64,000 nucleotides of DNA from an uncultured bacterium (GCA_963977015.1 CAXBMO010000010.1:32001-96000), one strand, 5' to 3'. Positions 48,330 through 59,135 are shown, counted from the stretch's first letter. Notes: generated by a model not told the origin, from the letters alone. Numbers and translations: made by a program.

Positions 48330-49268
48330 TCAACTGGTGGCCGCTTTCAAAGCCTTTCTCATGATGTCAACCGGTGCGTCTCGGTTGAACCAGTATTCGT
48401 AGGAGATGGCTCCCTGCCACAAAAGCATGCTGAGGCCGTTGGCGAAGCGGGCGCCCTGAGACTGGGCGTTGTCCAGAAACCGCGTGTGGGGCGGGCTGTA
48501 GACCATGTCGTAAACGAGATGGTGCGGCTGAATGAGGCGAGCCGGCAGCGGCTCCTGATCCGAGCGTTTCATCCCGAGGTTGGTCGCGTTGATGATGAGA
48601 TCCGTGTGGTCCAGTTGGTCCGCGAGCAGGGATTCGTCCCACGGGAGCGCTTCGAGCCGTTCAACCGGGCCAATGAGGGCATCGCCTTGAAAGTCCGCGG
48701 CGACTTCTTCCTTGATTGCTTCCGCCTTGGCGACGGTCCGATTGACGAGAACAAGTCGTTCGCATTGATCAATCGCACACTGAATGGTGACGGCACGCCC
48801 GGCGCCGCCTCCCGCTCCCAGGATCATGATTCGGAGGTCGTGCAGATCGACGGAAAATTCGTCGCGAATGGCTTGCCGGAAGCCCGGAGCATCGCTGTTG
48901 AAGCCGGCGATTTCGCCTGCATCAAAAACCAGGGTGTTGACGGCTCCGATGCGTTCGGCCACGGGATCGATGCGATCCACGAGTTTGGCGATCTCCGTTT
49001 TGTGGGGAATCGTCACATTGACTCCGAGGAAGCCGTGCTTTTGGAACAGTTGAACGGCTTCGGGAAGTTCGCCGGGCTTCAGGTGAATTCGGACGTATTC
49101 CGCATGGATCCCGGACGCTTTGAGGGCGGGATTGTGCATCTGGGGAGATGCGGAGTGTTCAACGGGATCGCCGATGACGGCGAGAAGGGGAGGTGGGTCG
49201 AGCTGTGAAGTGACAGTTTCCCAATCCTGCAAGTCTGAGAGATCGTAAACTGATTTTGCTTCAGCCAT
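48330..49268 (-). CDS. aroE: Shikimate dehydrogenase
   Basis: GDPVEHSASP.MHN, NVTIPHK, GAVNT, N.D..GF, GAGGGAGRA, NAT..GM, DMVY.P, GL.MLL.QG. Confidence 0.96.
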   Translation of the reverse strand: MAEAKSVYDLSDLQDWETVTSQLDPPPLLAVIGDPVEHSASPQMHNPALKASGIHAEYVRIHLKPGELPEAVQLFQKHGFLGVNVTIPHKTEIAKLVDRIDPVAERIGAVNTLVFDAGEIAGFNSDAPGFRQAIRDEFSVDLHDLRIMILGAGGGAGRAVTIQCAIDQCERLVLVNRTVAKAEAIKEEVAADFQGDALIGPVERLEALPWDESLLADQLDHTDLIINATNLGMKRSDQEPLPARLIQPHHLVYDMVYSPPHTRFLDNAQSQGARFANGLSMLLWQGAISYEYWFNRDAPVDIMRKALKAATS

Positions 49269-49275
49269 TGGGGTT

Positions 49276-50601
49276 CTAAACTTTGGAAATTGCCGCTTCG
49301 ATTCTGGAGACGGAACGATCTCTTCCCAACCGATCGAGAATGGTGGTGAGGGCCAACCCGCCGGTTTGGCCACTGACTGCGACACGACAGGGAAACATGA
49401 GTGCTCCTTTTTTGAGTTCCAGTTCCTTTGCCGCGTCATCGATAGCCTGGTCCGCGGCTTCTCCGGACCATTTCTTGACGTCCGCGAAGTGTTTGCTCAG
49501 CGATTTTAGAATGTTTTTGATTCCCTCGCGTGTCTTCATTTTTTCAAACGCCTCGCCGTCTTGGGTGTAGTCGTCGCGATAAAGCGAGGAGAGCCACTTG
49601 GGTGCGTCTGAGAACTTTTTGATTTTGTCGCGAATTTCCTCGAGCAGCGCGTCCGGAACGTCGGCTTTTTCCGTGGGGAGGCCATGTCCAGCCAAAAACG
49701 GAGCCACGGCTTCGCGAAGTTCCGCCGGTTTCATGGAATGGATGTATTGGGAACTGAACCATTCGCACTTGTCGTAATCGAAACGGCCATTCGCGCGATT
49801 GACGCCGCTGATCTTGAACTTCTTGAGCAGTTGTTTCGGCGGAATGATTTCGGAATCGTCTTTTGGCGACCATCCGAGCATCGCGAGATAATTCACGACC
49901 GCATCGGCGTGAAATCCCATGTTTTTGTATTCGTGAATCGCTGATCCGCGGTCGCGTTTGCTCATTTTTGAGCCGTCGCCGTTCAGAATCAGCGGAATGT
50001 GGGCAAACTTGGGAGGTGTGGCTCCAAACGCCTCGTAAAGGTCGAGGTGCCGAGGCGTGTTCGAGAGGTGATCTTCACCGCGAATCACGTGGCTGATCTT
50101 CATTTCGATGTCATCCACCACACTGACAAAGTGAAAAATGTAGCTTCCGTCAGGGCGCCGAATCGTCATATCCGGTTCCTCGCGGTCTTTAAACTCCGTC
50201 TTGCCGCAAATCAGGTCATTGATCGTGCGGTCGGTGTTGGGCCCGCGAAATCGCATGGCGCCTTCGTCCTCATAGACGAGGTCCGCACGCTTCAGCTTGT
50301 TGAAATACTTGTCGTAGATCTTGGTGCGTTGGCTTTGACGATAGGGGCCGAATTTGCCCCGCGTTTGCTTGCCGACCGCATTGATGCCCTCGTCCCAGTC
50401 CAGCCCGAGCCAGCGCAGCCCGTCAAAAATCGCTTGGTCAGATTCCTCGTCGTTTCGCTCCTTGTCCGTGTCCTCAATCCGCAAGACAAACGTGCCTTTT
50501 TGGCTTCTGGCGAACAACCAATTGAAGAGGGCGGTGCGTGCTCCTCCAATATGGAGCATGCCGGTGGGAGATGGTGCAAAACGGACGCGGATATCGCTCA
50601 T
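49276..50601 (-). CDS. gltX: Glutamate--tRNA ligase
   Basis: RFAPSPTG.LHIGG, LRIEDTD, HVIRGEDH.SN, KMSKR, anticodon-binding C-terminus. Confidence 0.96.
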   Translation of the reverse strand: MSDIRVRFAPSPTGMLHIGGARTALFNWLFARSQKGTFVLRIEDTDKERNDEESDQAIFDGLRWLGLDWDEGINAVGKQTRGKFGPYRQSQRTKIYDKYFNKLKRADLVYEDEGAMRFRGPNTDRTINDLICGKTEFKDREEPDMTIRRPDGSYIFHFVSVVDDIEMKISHVIRGEDHLSNTPRHLDLYEAFGATPPKFAHIPLILNGDGSKMSKRDRGSAIHEYKNMGFHADAVVNYLAMLGWSPKDDSEIIPPKQLLKKFKISGVNRANGRFDYDKCEWFSSQYIHSMKPAELREAVAPFLAGHGLPTEKADVPDALLEEIRDKIKKFSDAPKWLSSLYRDDYTQDGEAFEKMKTREGIKNILKSLSKHFADVKKWSGEAADQAIDDAAKELELKKGALMFPCRVAVSGQTGGLALTTILDRLGRDRSVSRIEAAISKV

Positions 50602-50692
50602 AGCCTAGTTAGGGACCATGCCGCTGATCGAGGTGATTTTCAACTCTTTGGTTCTCGACCACTCGAATGGCTTCGGCTACAGGGAAAGTGAT

Positions 50693-52069
50693 ATGAGAAA
50701 ATTCCCACCATGGGTCCAGATTCTTACCGCTTTGGCGTTAGGCGCCATTTTTGGCGGATTTATCAACTATCTGTCGACAACCGCAGCGAGCGATCCTGAT
50801 TCCGCAGGAGTTCGTTTTTCTCAAACCTATATTGGGATCGCAGACTACGTCGGCGGACTGTTCATGTCCGCTTTGAAGATGATCATTGTTCCCCTGATTT
50901 TTTCTTCCGTTGTCGTGGGAATCGCGGGGGTCGGCAATCAAAAGGGATTCGGGCGCCGAGGGCTCAAAACCCTGCTGTATTACGTTTCGACCAGTTTCTT
51001 CGCGATCCTGATTGGTCTGACCTTCGTCAATCTGGTGAAGCCGGGATTTGTCGATGGAAAGCCGAATCCGGAGATTCGGGAAATGATTGAAGGCAGCGCC
51101 GACTCACTTGAAGAACGGGTTGCGGCAAAAGTGGCGGGTCAGGATCGAGAGTCTCTGAATTCTGTGTGGGACATCTTTGCTCGAATGGTCCCCAGCAACA
51201 TTACGGAAGTCTTCGCCGACAATGGGCGCATGTTGGCGCTGATCTTCGTCAGTTTGCTGGTAGGATTCGGGATCCTGCATGTCAGCGAGGCGGCGCGAAC
51301 CAGTCTGCTGGGAGTTTTCAAATCGGTGAACGAGTTGATGGTGCTGTTGACAGGGTGGATCATGGTTTTGGCACCGATTGGCGTTTTCGCGCTGGTGACC
51401 GAGACGTTCGCCACCAGTGGGTTCGAGATCATTGGTTTGGTGGCCAAGTATTTTGTTGTCGTCCTCCTCGCTCTCGCGACCCACATGTTCGTGATTTTGC
51501 CGCTCATCTTGAAGTACGTGGCGAAAGTCAGCCCCCTCAAGCATTTCATGGCGATGCGAAATGCGCTTTTGACCGCGTTCTCGACCTCTTCCTCGTCGGC
51601 AACCTTGCCGATTACGATTCGCGCGGTTCGCGAAAATGTGGGCGTTTCGGATCGCACGGCGAGTTTTGTGCTACCGCTGGGGGCGACCGTAAATATGGAC
51701 GGAACGGCGCTCTATGAATGCGTAGCCGTTATTTTTGTGGCGCAAGTAATGGGAGCTCAGCTCGCCGTTTCCCAGCAGCTGACCGTCGTGCTTTTGGCGT
51801 TGTTGACGAGTATTGGAGTTGCCGGCGTGCCTTCAGCCAGTTTGGTTGCCATTGTCATCATCGTCCACAACGTCCTGGTTCCAATTATTGGAGCGAGTGC
51901 CGATGCGGTGATTGGCCTGCTTCTTGCTGTTGATCGTCTTTTGGATATGTCTCGAACCGCAGTCAACGTCTTCAGTGATTCTTGTGGAGCGTTGGTTGTC
52001 GCCAAACTGGAAGGAGAAACTGGATTACTCGAGGATCCAATGCATACCGCTCACGCGAACCCTAATTGA
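50693..52069 (+). CDS. Dicarboxylate/amino acid:cation symporter (DAACS)
   Basis: LKMIIVPL, AFSTSSSSATLP, LPLGATVNMDGTA, GVAGVPSA, DR..DM.RTAVNV.SD. Confidence 0.96.
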   Translation: MRKFPPWVQILTALALGAIFGGFINYLSTTAASDPDSAGVRFSQTYIGIADYVGGLFMSALKMIIVPLIFSSVVVGIAGVGNQKGFGRRGLKTLLYYVSTSFFAILIGLTFVNLVKPGFVDGKPNPEIREMIEGSADSLEERVAAKVAGQDRESLNSVWDIFARMVPSNITEVFADNGRMLALIFVSLLVGFGILHVSEAARTSLLGVFKSVNELMVLLTGWIMVLAPIGVFALVTETFATSGFEIIGLVAKYFVVVLLALATHMFVILPLILKYVAKVSPLKHFMAMRNALLTAFSTSSSSATLPITIRAVRENVGVSDRTASFVLPLGATVNMDGTALYECVAVIFVAQVMGAQLAVSQQLTVVLLALLTSIGVAGVPSASLVAIVIIVHNVLVPIIGASADAVIGLLLAVDRLLDMSRTAVNVFSDSCGALVVAKLEGETGLLEDPMHTAHANPN

Positions 52070-52073
52070 TACC

Positions 52074-52811
52074 ATGTCAGAGGATTTATCGGCCAACGTA
52101 GATACACAGCCTCACAAGCCGAGGAGAGCCCGGTATTTTGTGACCGGTTTGTTCACCGTCATCCCTTTGGGGGTCACCGCGATCATTCTTTACTACCTCG
52201 TCAAAGGTCTTTCGCGGATTGGCAGCAAACCGGCGGAATTGGTTCAGAATCGACTCGAAAAGTCGTTTGGAGGAGGGGATCCGGAAGGATTGATGCGCTT
52301 CATCACGACGGAGTGGTTTCGAGACTGCATGGCCGTTTTGATCGTGATCGCGTTGGTCTACTTTTTGGGGATGCTGACGAGCAACCTGGTAGGACGCAAA
52401 CTGGTGAAGCTCTTTGAGTGGTTCATGGACCGGATTCCTTTTGTCCGGTCCATTTACGGGGGGATGCGAAAGCTGGTGGATTTGCTGCAGCAGGACACCG
52501 GGGCTGATGTGCAACGGGTCGTTTTGATTGAGTTTCCCAGTTCGGAAATGAAGGCGGTGGGGTTGGTGACCCGCACCTTTGCCGATAAGGACACGGGCCG
52601 GAAGTTGGCCGCGGTTTACGTGCCCACCACGCCGAACCCGACCAATGGCTACGTCGAGATCGTGCCGGTGGATCGCATTATCTCAACGAATTGGTCCTTT
52701 GATGAAGCGATCTCCTTCATCGTTTCGGGAGGCGCGGTCGCTCCGGATCAGATTCCCTATTCGAAATCGGAAGGGAAGTTGCTCGAACCCAAGGTCGAGC
52801 CTAAGCCGTAA
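52074..52811 (+). CDS. DUF502 domain membrane protein
   Basis: RIPFVRSIY, VVLIEFP, VYVPTTPNPTNG, IVSGG. Confidence 0.92.
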   Translation: MSEDLSANVDTQPHKPRRARYFVTGLFTVIPLGVTAIILYYLVKGLSRIGSKPAELVQNRLEKSFGGGDPEGLMRFITTEWFRDCMAVLIVIALVYFLGMLTSNLVGRKLVKLFEWFMDRIPFVRSIYGGMRKLVDLLQQDTGADVQRVVLIEFPSSEMKAVGLVTRTFADKDTGRKLAAVYVPTTPNPTNGYVEIVPVDRIISTNWSFDEAISFIVSGGAVAPDQIPYSKSEGKLLEPKVEPKP

Positions 52812-53973
52812 GCTGCGGCAGGAGAATCACGATCACCAGATTGAGAATTCCGACGAGGGCTGCGACCAGGATCAGGCTGGAAATGAGGACGAATCCAGCC
52901 TCAAACCCGACGAGAAGACGCAGGGTGGTTTGATCCGTTCCCAGGTTTGCGAGGCTTTCGAATTCCCGCGCTCGCAACCGGTGGGAGAGAACAAAAACGA
53001 GCGCGGCAATCAGGGATGCAGCGACAGCAACTGCGATGAGTGACGCGATCACCAGATTGCGGATCTGAAAGACCGTATTGAACAACTCCACCATCACCTG
53101 GTCCGGGCGGACGAGTTGGCCCGGGGCTGAGTCGGTCTGATAGCGGCCCAGCAAGATTGTCTCCGCCTTTTGGTCGCGAGGGATGATGATCGCGGCGGAG
53201 ATCGGAAGATCGCCGGGATCACCATGAAAATGGAAGCTCTTCACGTTGTCCGCGGTGATTTCCGTGAACTCGACAATTTTCGCGTTGATCGCCGTATTGT
53301 TCCCTTCCACATCGAGGATCTCGGATTCGGTGGCCTCATTGTGCCCGTGGGCGATACCTTCAATCACCCACGTTGTCTTGAGGTCACAGAAAATGGCACG
53401 ATCGTCGGAACTTCCCGATGGAGCCAGAACTCCGGTGATTCGCATTTTGAGCGGATAAACACCCGCGATATCAAAGGTCTGTTCCGGAGTCGAGGAGATG
53501 GTATCTCCGGGGCCGAGTTGGAGTTTCTGGGCAACTTCCGCCCCAAGCACGCAGTCTCCCAATCGTCCAAAAAGCCGGCCATCAGCGATCTCGAGGTCGC
53601 GAAATCGAAAGTAGTCAATGGAGGTTCCGACAATCCGATGTTTGCGCGCCTGGTAGCGAGCGTAGATCGGGATGTAGCGTCCCATGCCCTGGTCGGTTGC
53701 TTCCGCGGCCAGATTGGAAGTGATGTTCACCACATCAGGCTTGGAAAAATAGAGGCCGTTGAAAACCAGTTCCAAAGGGCTGCCGTGGCCGCCCAGCAAG
53801 AGCGGAGTCGCTTCAGCACGAGAACGCAGGTGAGCTTCCGCTTTGTGAACCAAGAGAAAAATTCCAATTGGCAGGAAAAGGCTCAACGTGATCGCGGAGA
53901 TCAAGAGGATGGCTTTCCCGCGATGTTGCAGGAGGTATCGCCAGCCAAGGTAGAGAATTCCGCGCAGGTTCAT
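52801..53973 (-). CDS. ABC transporter permease (MacB/FtsX-like)
   Basis: N-terminal TM, periplasmic domain (IVGT..DYF, V.G..VA..L.L.PGD), C-terminal TMs with R..E...L..LG. Confidence 0.85.
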   Translation of the reverse strand: MNLRGILYLGWRYLLQHRGKAILLISAITLSLFLPIGIFLLVHKAEAHLRSRAEATPLLLGGHGSPLELVFNGLYFSKPDVVNITSNLAAEATDQGMGRYIPIYARYQARKHRIVGTSIDYFRFRDLEIADGRLFGRLGDCVLGAEVAQKLQLGPGDTISSTPEQTFDIAGVYPLKMRITGVLAPSGSSDDRAIFCDLKTTWVIEGIAHGHNEATESEILDVEGNNTAINAKIVEFTEITADNVKSFHFHGDPGDLPISAAIIIPRDQKAETILLGRYQTDSAPGQLVRPDQVMVELFNTVFQIRNLVIASLIAVAVAASLIAALVFVLSHRLRAREFESLANLGTDQTTLRLLVGFEAGFVLISSLILVAALVGILNLVIVILLPQLTA

Positions 53974-54629
53974 GACATCAGGGATGGCAGGTTGACCGTT
54001 CGCTCGAAATTTCCAAGAAGCTGGTGATCGTGAGTCACCATCAACAAGGTTGCCTTCTGTGCCTTGGCCTGACCAATGAGCAGGTCCACAATCCGTTGCT
54101 GATTGTCAGGATCGAGGCTGCCGGTGGGCTCATCGGCGAGGAGAAGCTTGGGACGAGTGATCAAGGCGCGACAAATCGCGACCCGCTGGCGTTCCCCCTG
54201 CGACAGCTGTTTTGGGTAAGCCTCGAGCAGCGCTGAAATCCCCGTTTCGCGGGCCAGGGAGTCCACCCGCTCGTGGAGATTCTCATTCGAGCTGAGCTTG
54301 GACGTCAGGTGAAACGGAAGGAGGATGTTGTCCCGGGCGGAAAGGTAGTCGAGCAACTCAAACTCCTGGAAAACCAGGCCAATGCTGGAGATTCGGAACT
54401 GGCGAATCTGGTGCTCGCTCAAGTCCGTCAACGACTCTCCCAAGACACGGAGATTTCCGTCCTGAGGACGCAAGATTCCTGCGATGAGACGAAGCAGGGT
54501 CGTTTTGCCGCAACCACTTGGGCCAACCACCGCAATGGTCTCCTCTTCTGCGGCAGCAAACTCACGAACCTGAAATTGGAAGCGTTCGTTGGGATAGCGA
54601 AAGCGGATGTTGTTCAACACCAGGGTCAC
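53970..54629 (-). CDS. ABC transporter ATP-binding protein (LolD/MacB-like)
   Basis: GPSGCGKTT, LSQGERQR, LLADEPTG.LD, VTHD. Confidence 0.95.
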   Translation of the reverse strand: MTLVLNNIRFRYPNERFQFQVREFAAAEEETIAVVGPSGCGKTTLLRLIAGILRPQDGNLRVLGESLTDLSEHQIRQFRISSIGLVFQEFELLDYLSARDNILLPFHLTSKLSSNENLHERVDSLARETGISALLEAYPKQLSQGERQRVAICRALITRPKLLLADEPTGSLDPDNQQRIVDLLIGQAKAQKATLLMVTHDHQLLGNFERTVNLPSLMS

Positions 54630-55828
54630 AGTCTTCCTTCTTCAACAATTTCCAGTTCGGTAAGCTTCCAGGTCTCCCCGCGCGGTTCAATCACAAGCCA
54701 GGCATGGTAGAAATTGGGGCGTTTGTGAGTATGTCCCCAATGCGTCACTTCCCCCACGGCACGCCATTCGACATCGGCGCGAAACCCCTCGCGTTCCTCG
54801 ATCGGTTCGGCAAAGGTTTCGCGAAGATCGACGGTCGTCACCTTGACCCGCGGGCCGCCCTGATCTTCCAATTCCAACCCTCGCCGGATTTCCAGGTAAA
54901 TCTGTTCGAGGAGAGCGCCATCGACGGACGCCGCCAACGTGTCGTAGATCTTTGATTCATCGCGGTAATCAAAGGCGTGGTAAATATTTCTCAGCAACGC
55001 GTAAACGACTTCATCGACATAGGTTTCCTCATAGGCGGGCAGATCGCTGATTTCTTGCTCCAGTGGAACCCTTCCAAATCCCCAGAGAAGCGGGGCTCCC
55101 ACCAAGCAAAGCACCGCCGCGATCCCCAGTGGCAGATTCGCTCGTGGCGGTGCCAGGCGTCCCACGATGCCAATCAACAGGGCGCACCCCATCAAAACGA
55201 GGCTGGGAATGGGGAGTTCGGTCGGCCCGGTCTCGGCGCTGGCCACTACGGCGGGAACGGGAAGCAAAGTCGGCAGTTTGGCATTGGCCGGGACGTTCCA
55301 CTGTTGTTTTTGATTGGCCTCGGAAAAGGCGAGCGTCGCTTTCCCCGCGCCGGTGACGAACACAACCGGCACCTGCAGATCGGGACGAGGGAAAAAATCC
55401 CAGGTGAGTTCCAAAACCTCGGGATAGCCATTGGTGGGGACCGCATAGACCGCCGCAATCATCGCCTCCGCGACCGCGATCTCCGCGCGATCGTCGGGAA
55501 TGACGCCGAGTTCGTCCGCAATGCGCACAAACTGAATGCGGTCCAACTTCAGATTTGCCGGGGAGCCATCCATGGTCAGCGGGCTGGCCTGATCAAACTT
55601 CTCCTGAAATTCGGCGAGAATCGCTTCGCGTTGTTCCTGTTTGATCACGTCTCCCAGTTCCGCAGCTGCCTGCCACTTGGGATAGGCGCGGAGGTAGACC
55701 GCAAACTCTTTTCTCAATTCAAAGGGTTCAACGTAGACGTATCCATGAACATCCTCGGTCGGCACCTGGGCCTGCACCGGGATGGCAAAGAGAAGGAGAA
55801 AAAGTTGGGGGATGAGCCAGCGAGTCAC
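54626..55828 (-). CDS. Exported/membrane hypothetical protein co-operonic with the ABC transporter
   Basis: Signal peptide, two central TMs, C-terminal domain (NIYHAFDYR.E..IYD.L...V.HWGH.H.R.N); 4-bp overlap with the ATPase gene. Confidence 0.7.
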   Translation of the reverse strand: MTRWLIPQLFLLLFAIPVQAQVPTEDVHGYVYVEPFELRKEFAVYLRAYPKWQAAAELGDVIKQEQREAILAEFQEKFDQASPLTMDGSPANLKLDRIQFVRIADELGVIPDDRAEIAVAEAMIAAVYAVPTNGYPEVLELTWDFFPRPDLQVPVVFVTGAGKATLAFSEANQKQQWNVPANAKLPTLLPVPAVVASAETGPTELPIPSLVLMGCALLIGIVGRLAPPRANLPLGIAAVLCLVGAPLLWGFGRVPLEQEISDLPAYEETYVDEVVYALLRNIYHAFDYRDESKIYDTLAASVDGALLEQIYLEIRRGLELEDQGGPRVKVTTVDLRETFAEPIEEREGFRADVEWRAVGEVTHWGHTHKRPNFYHAWLVIEPRGETWKLTELEIVEEGRL

Positions 55829-55947
55829 GAGAAAAGGTTTGCACGAGATTGTCGCAGGCTTCTGCGAGGTTCAACTGGGAAATCGGAATCTCATCGCGCA
55901 GCTTGCTGAGAGGATAAATCCGGGTTCATTGATGGAAACTGCTGGTT

Positions 55948-56439
55948 ATGAAAATCCCTCTGCTCTTTACCGCGTTTCTGGTTCTCTCCTCCACAGCATT
56001 TGCCATTCCGGATTCCTTTGGCGGCTTTTTCATCAATCCCGCCGGTGCCCGGCTCGAAGACGTTGCCAACCGAAAAGCGACTTGGGAACCGAATGGTGAA
56101 CTGAAAGGAAAATGGGGACTGTGGAAGGAATCCGACAATCACGATACCAGTCTGGAGATTCAGCGCCTGGAGATGCGGGCGATCGTCTTCGGCGTCGAAG
56201 CAAAGCAGGTGACGGTTCACAAGCGTGATAATCGGAATGTGAGATTCGAGATCCATTATCCTGCCAGTGAACAAAATCCCGGTCGAACCACGCGCCAGGT
56301 TCTTGCGAACATTCGGGCGTGGAGTGGGGCCGACCTCTCACCCCAGAATCCGGCGATCGCCTTTGAGAATCTGGAAGTGAGCATCGGCCGACTTTCCGAC
56401 GGAGGGTTGCAGGTTTTTTTGGAGCCCCGTAATTCGTGA
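55948..56439 (+). CDS. Exported hypothetical protein
   Basis: Signal peptide ending in AFA; GTGA overlap with the next gene. Confidence 0.65.
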   Translation: MKIPLLFTAFLVLSSTAFAIPDSFGGFFINPAGARLEDVANRKATWEPNGELKGKWGLWKESDNHDTSLEIQRLEMRAIVFGVEAKQVTVHKRDNRNVRFEIHYPASEQNPGRTTRQVLANIRAWSGADLSPQNPAIAFENLEVSIGRLSDGGLQVFLEPRNS

Positions 56440-57626
56440 AAAAGTGGCTGCTGCTGTGGTGTTTGGGGACGGCAATCGGGGGTTCGGCTGAATTTCCAGT
56501 TCGGCAGGCCCTGACGGATTCCACAACGTGGGCGAACCCGGACTTCCTCCAGATTTGGCAGCCCCAATCCGCAGTCACCCGGATTTCCTCCAAGCATTGG
56601 CCCGAACCTGAGCCGGTTTTTGGACATCAACCCCATGCGATCACGGCGAGATTCGTGGACGGCGCCATTCAGTCGATCACCCTGCTGTTTCTGGATTCCG
56701 GAACGCACTTTGGTTACGTGCCTCGCGAGAATGCCGCGAAAACTCAGGAAGAACATCGGGAATCGTTTCGCACCCGGGTTGAGGAAACCGCGCGGGACGT
56801 GGAAGCTGGGTTAATTTTGCTGGCGAAAAGTGCGAACGGAGATGTTGGAATTCTCGGCGAAAACCAGCTTCTGAAACAGCGCGTGAAGCTCTTTCAATTG
56901 GGGGATCTGACGGCACGTCTGCATTACCTTGAGGAGCAGTTGGTGAAGGTGACGCTGTTTCCCGAGGACAAGCCGGCGCAAACCTGGCTCAGTGGAGCCC
57001 GATTAGGAAGCGAGAAAGCCGCTTGGGCGGAACTGATCGCTTCAAGGGTGAAGATTCAGGAAAATGGGGATCGGGTTTTGTCTCAGGTTCCGATGTTTCC
57101 TCAGGGCGACCGCGCGTATTGCGGGGTGTCGTCGTTGGCGATGACCGTTCAATACCTTGGCCTGGCGATGGAAACGGAAGATCTCGCGGCCGCAGCAGGA
57201 ATTCGATATGGCAGCACTCGCGGCGCCCGAATTCGCGAAGTCTATCAAGCGGCGTTTTATGAACTGGGAATGCGGCTGCCGCGTCGCGAGGTTTTCGATT
57301 TTGAAAAGGCCGTTGAAACGATCGATGCAGGCATTCCCGTTATCGTCTGGCGCCGGTGGCGTGCCGAACGCGATTACCTTCACACGCAATTCGCGCGACG
57401 TTTTCAAAGCGACCCAACCCTGGAATTGCCGCTCCCGGATGAGGGCGATCGAGAATTTTGGCCGCAGCCGTCAGACTACAATCATGCCTCCGTCATCACC
57501 GGTTACAACGGCGATCGCGGTGAAGTGATATTCACGGAAAGCTGGGGCGAACGCGTCCGAAACCGGCGAATGCGGGTCGAGGAGATGAAGGCGACGAGCT
57601 ACTACTCGTTCTACCCCGCTTTTTGA
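56436..57626 (+). CDS. Exported C39-like (papain-fold) cysteine peptidase
   Basis: VPM.PQG..AYCG..S..M, NHASVITGY, IFTESWG. Confidence 0.75.
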   Translation: MKKWLLLWCLGTAIGGSAEFPVRQALTDSTTWANPDFLQIWQPQSAVTRISSKHWPEPEPVFGHQPHAITARFVDGAIQSITLLFLDSGTHFGYVPRENAAKTQEEHRESFRTRVEETARDVEAGLILLAKSANGDVGILGENQLLKQRVKLFQLGDLTARLHYLEEQLVKVTLFPEDKPAQTWLSGARLGSEKAAWAELIASRVKIQENGDRVLSQVPMFPQGDRAYCGVSSLAMTVQYLGLAMETEDLAAAAGIRYGSTRGARIREVYQAAFYELGMRLPRREVFDFEKAVETIDAGIPVIVWRRWRAERDYLHTQFARRFQSDPTLELPLPDEGDREFWPQPSDYNHASVITGYNGDRGEVIFTESWGERVRNRRMRVEEMKATSYYSFYPAF

Positions 57627-57632
57627 GTGGCG

Positions 57633-59000
57633 TTAGAAGGATTCCGATTCGCGCTGCCAGGGCGCCTTGCCTGCCAGGTTCACGTGTTTCAGGAGTTCGT
57701 TGAAGAGCTCTTGGTATTTTTGGGGAGCCTTTTCGCGGGGAACCGAGGTCGTTTCGCCAGTATCATTGCCGACATGGAACAATTGGTAGGGCTCGAATGG
57801 TGTGTTGCGCAGGAGCTTCCAGTCTCCGATCCGCGCGGCATGGTAGGGGATGCCGCCGTATTTGGTTCCGCCCTCAAGCCGAACCCAGAAGAGTGGCCGG
57901 GCCAGATCTGTCTCAAACGGTTGCCCCAGCAAAAGTGGGGAAAACGATTCGCCGTCGATCGCATGGGAAAATTTCGCGCCTGCGATCTCGGCAAGGGTCG
58001 GATAAAAATCCATCGTGATTCCCAGATGATTGGATCGCGTGCCCGCAGCGATTTTGCCGGGCCAGACCGCACACGTGGAAACGCGAATGCCGCCCTCCCA
58101 CATTTCCTGTTTTCCGCCACGAAGAGGCAGATTGCGTGCTCCGACGTTGCTTTGACCTCCGTTGTCCGAGGTGAAAACGATCAACGTTTCTTCGCGCAGC
58201 TTCAACTCGTCCAGCTTGGCCACGACCTGCCCAATTCCATGATCCAGGTGTTCGATCAGGGCGACCAGTTTCGCTCGCCTGTCGGTCATTCCGGCTTCGC
58301 GAGCCTTCACCTTTTCCAACCAATCCTGAGGCGGCTGAATCGGCGTATGAGGCGCGTTGTAAGCCAAAAATAGAAACCAGGGTTGGTCCGGTGCCACGGA
58401 TTCACGCTCATTGATGTAATCGATCGACCACTGCGAGAACAGATCCGTCGCGTGTCCCTCCGGATGAATCAGGTCGTCATTCAGCCGCATGTATTCGATG
58501 CCGTGACGCTTGTGCTCGTAATAGTCGTCCATCATGTCACCGAGCCAGCCATGAAAGTGGTCGAATCCGCGATCGTGAGGGCGATCCGGCTTCTCCAAAC
58601 CCAGGTGCCATTTGCCAACCAAGGCCGTGTGGTAACCCGCGCTTTTCAAAACCGCAGGCAACAGCGGGACATCTTCCCTCAGTTTTCCCCAACTGGTGGG
58701 CCTTCCCTCCAGCGGTGTGCGGATGACCCCGGGGACACCGGATTTGTCCGGATACATTCCGGTCATGAACGAGGCGCGGGTCGGAGAGCAAACCGGACAA
58801 TTCGCATAGAATTGATCGAACCGCATTCCTTCGGCCATGAGGTTGTCGATGTTTGGCGATTTCAGGTCAGGCGTGCCATAGCTCGACAGGTCGCCATATC
58901 CCAAGTCGTCCACCATAATGAACAAGATGTTCGGTTGCGAAGCTGAAGCCGTGAGAGCCAGACAGAATACGGCAAGGGAAAGGAAGAGGGGTTTGATCAT
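57633..59000 (-). CDS. Sulfatase (arylsulfatase A-like)
   Basis: PNILFIMVDDLGYGD, CSPTRAS..TG, GKWHLG, APHTP, SDNG. Confidence 0.96.
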   Translation of the reverse strand: MIKPLFLSLAVFCLALTASASQPNILFIMVDDLGYGDLSSYGTPDLKSPNIDNLMAEGMRFDQFYANCPVCSPTRASFMTGMYPDKSGVPGVIRTPLEGRPTSWGKLREDVPLLPAVLKSAGYHTALVGKWHLGLEKPDRPHDRGFDHFHGWLGDMMDDYYEHKRHGIEYMRLNDDLIHPEGHATDLFSQWSIDYINERESVAPDQPWFLFLAYNAPHTPIQPPQDWLEKVKAREAGMTDRRAKLVALIEHLDHGIGQVVAKLDELKLREETLIVFTSDNGGQSNVGARNLPLRGGKQEMWEGGIRVSTCAVWPGKIAAGTRSNHLGITMDFYPTLAEIAGAKFSHAIDGESFSPLLLGQPFETDLARPLFWVRLEGGTKYGGIPYHAARIGDWKLLRNTPFEPYQLFHVGNDTGETTSVPREKAPQKYQELFNELLKHVNLAGKAPWQRESESF

Positions 59001-59135
59001 TTCCCGAACATGAACTGAGTCAAATTCAGGTCAAGTGAGATGGCGAAATGACCTGTTTATAGGCACGCGTTTGGGGAAATTGAGGCAACTCCGCCAAGAA
59101 TTTGCGATTCGAGATGACCCATATACTGTCACGCC

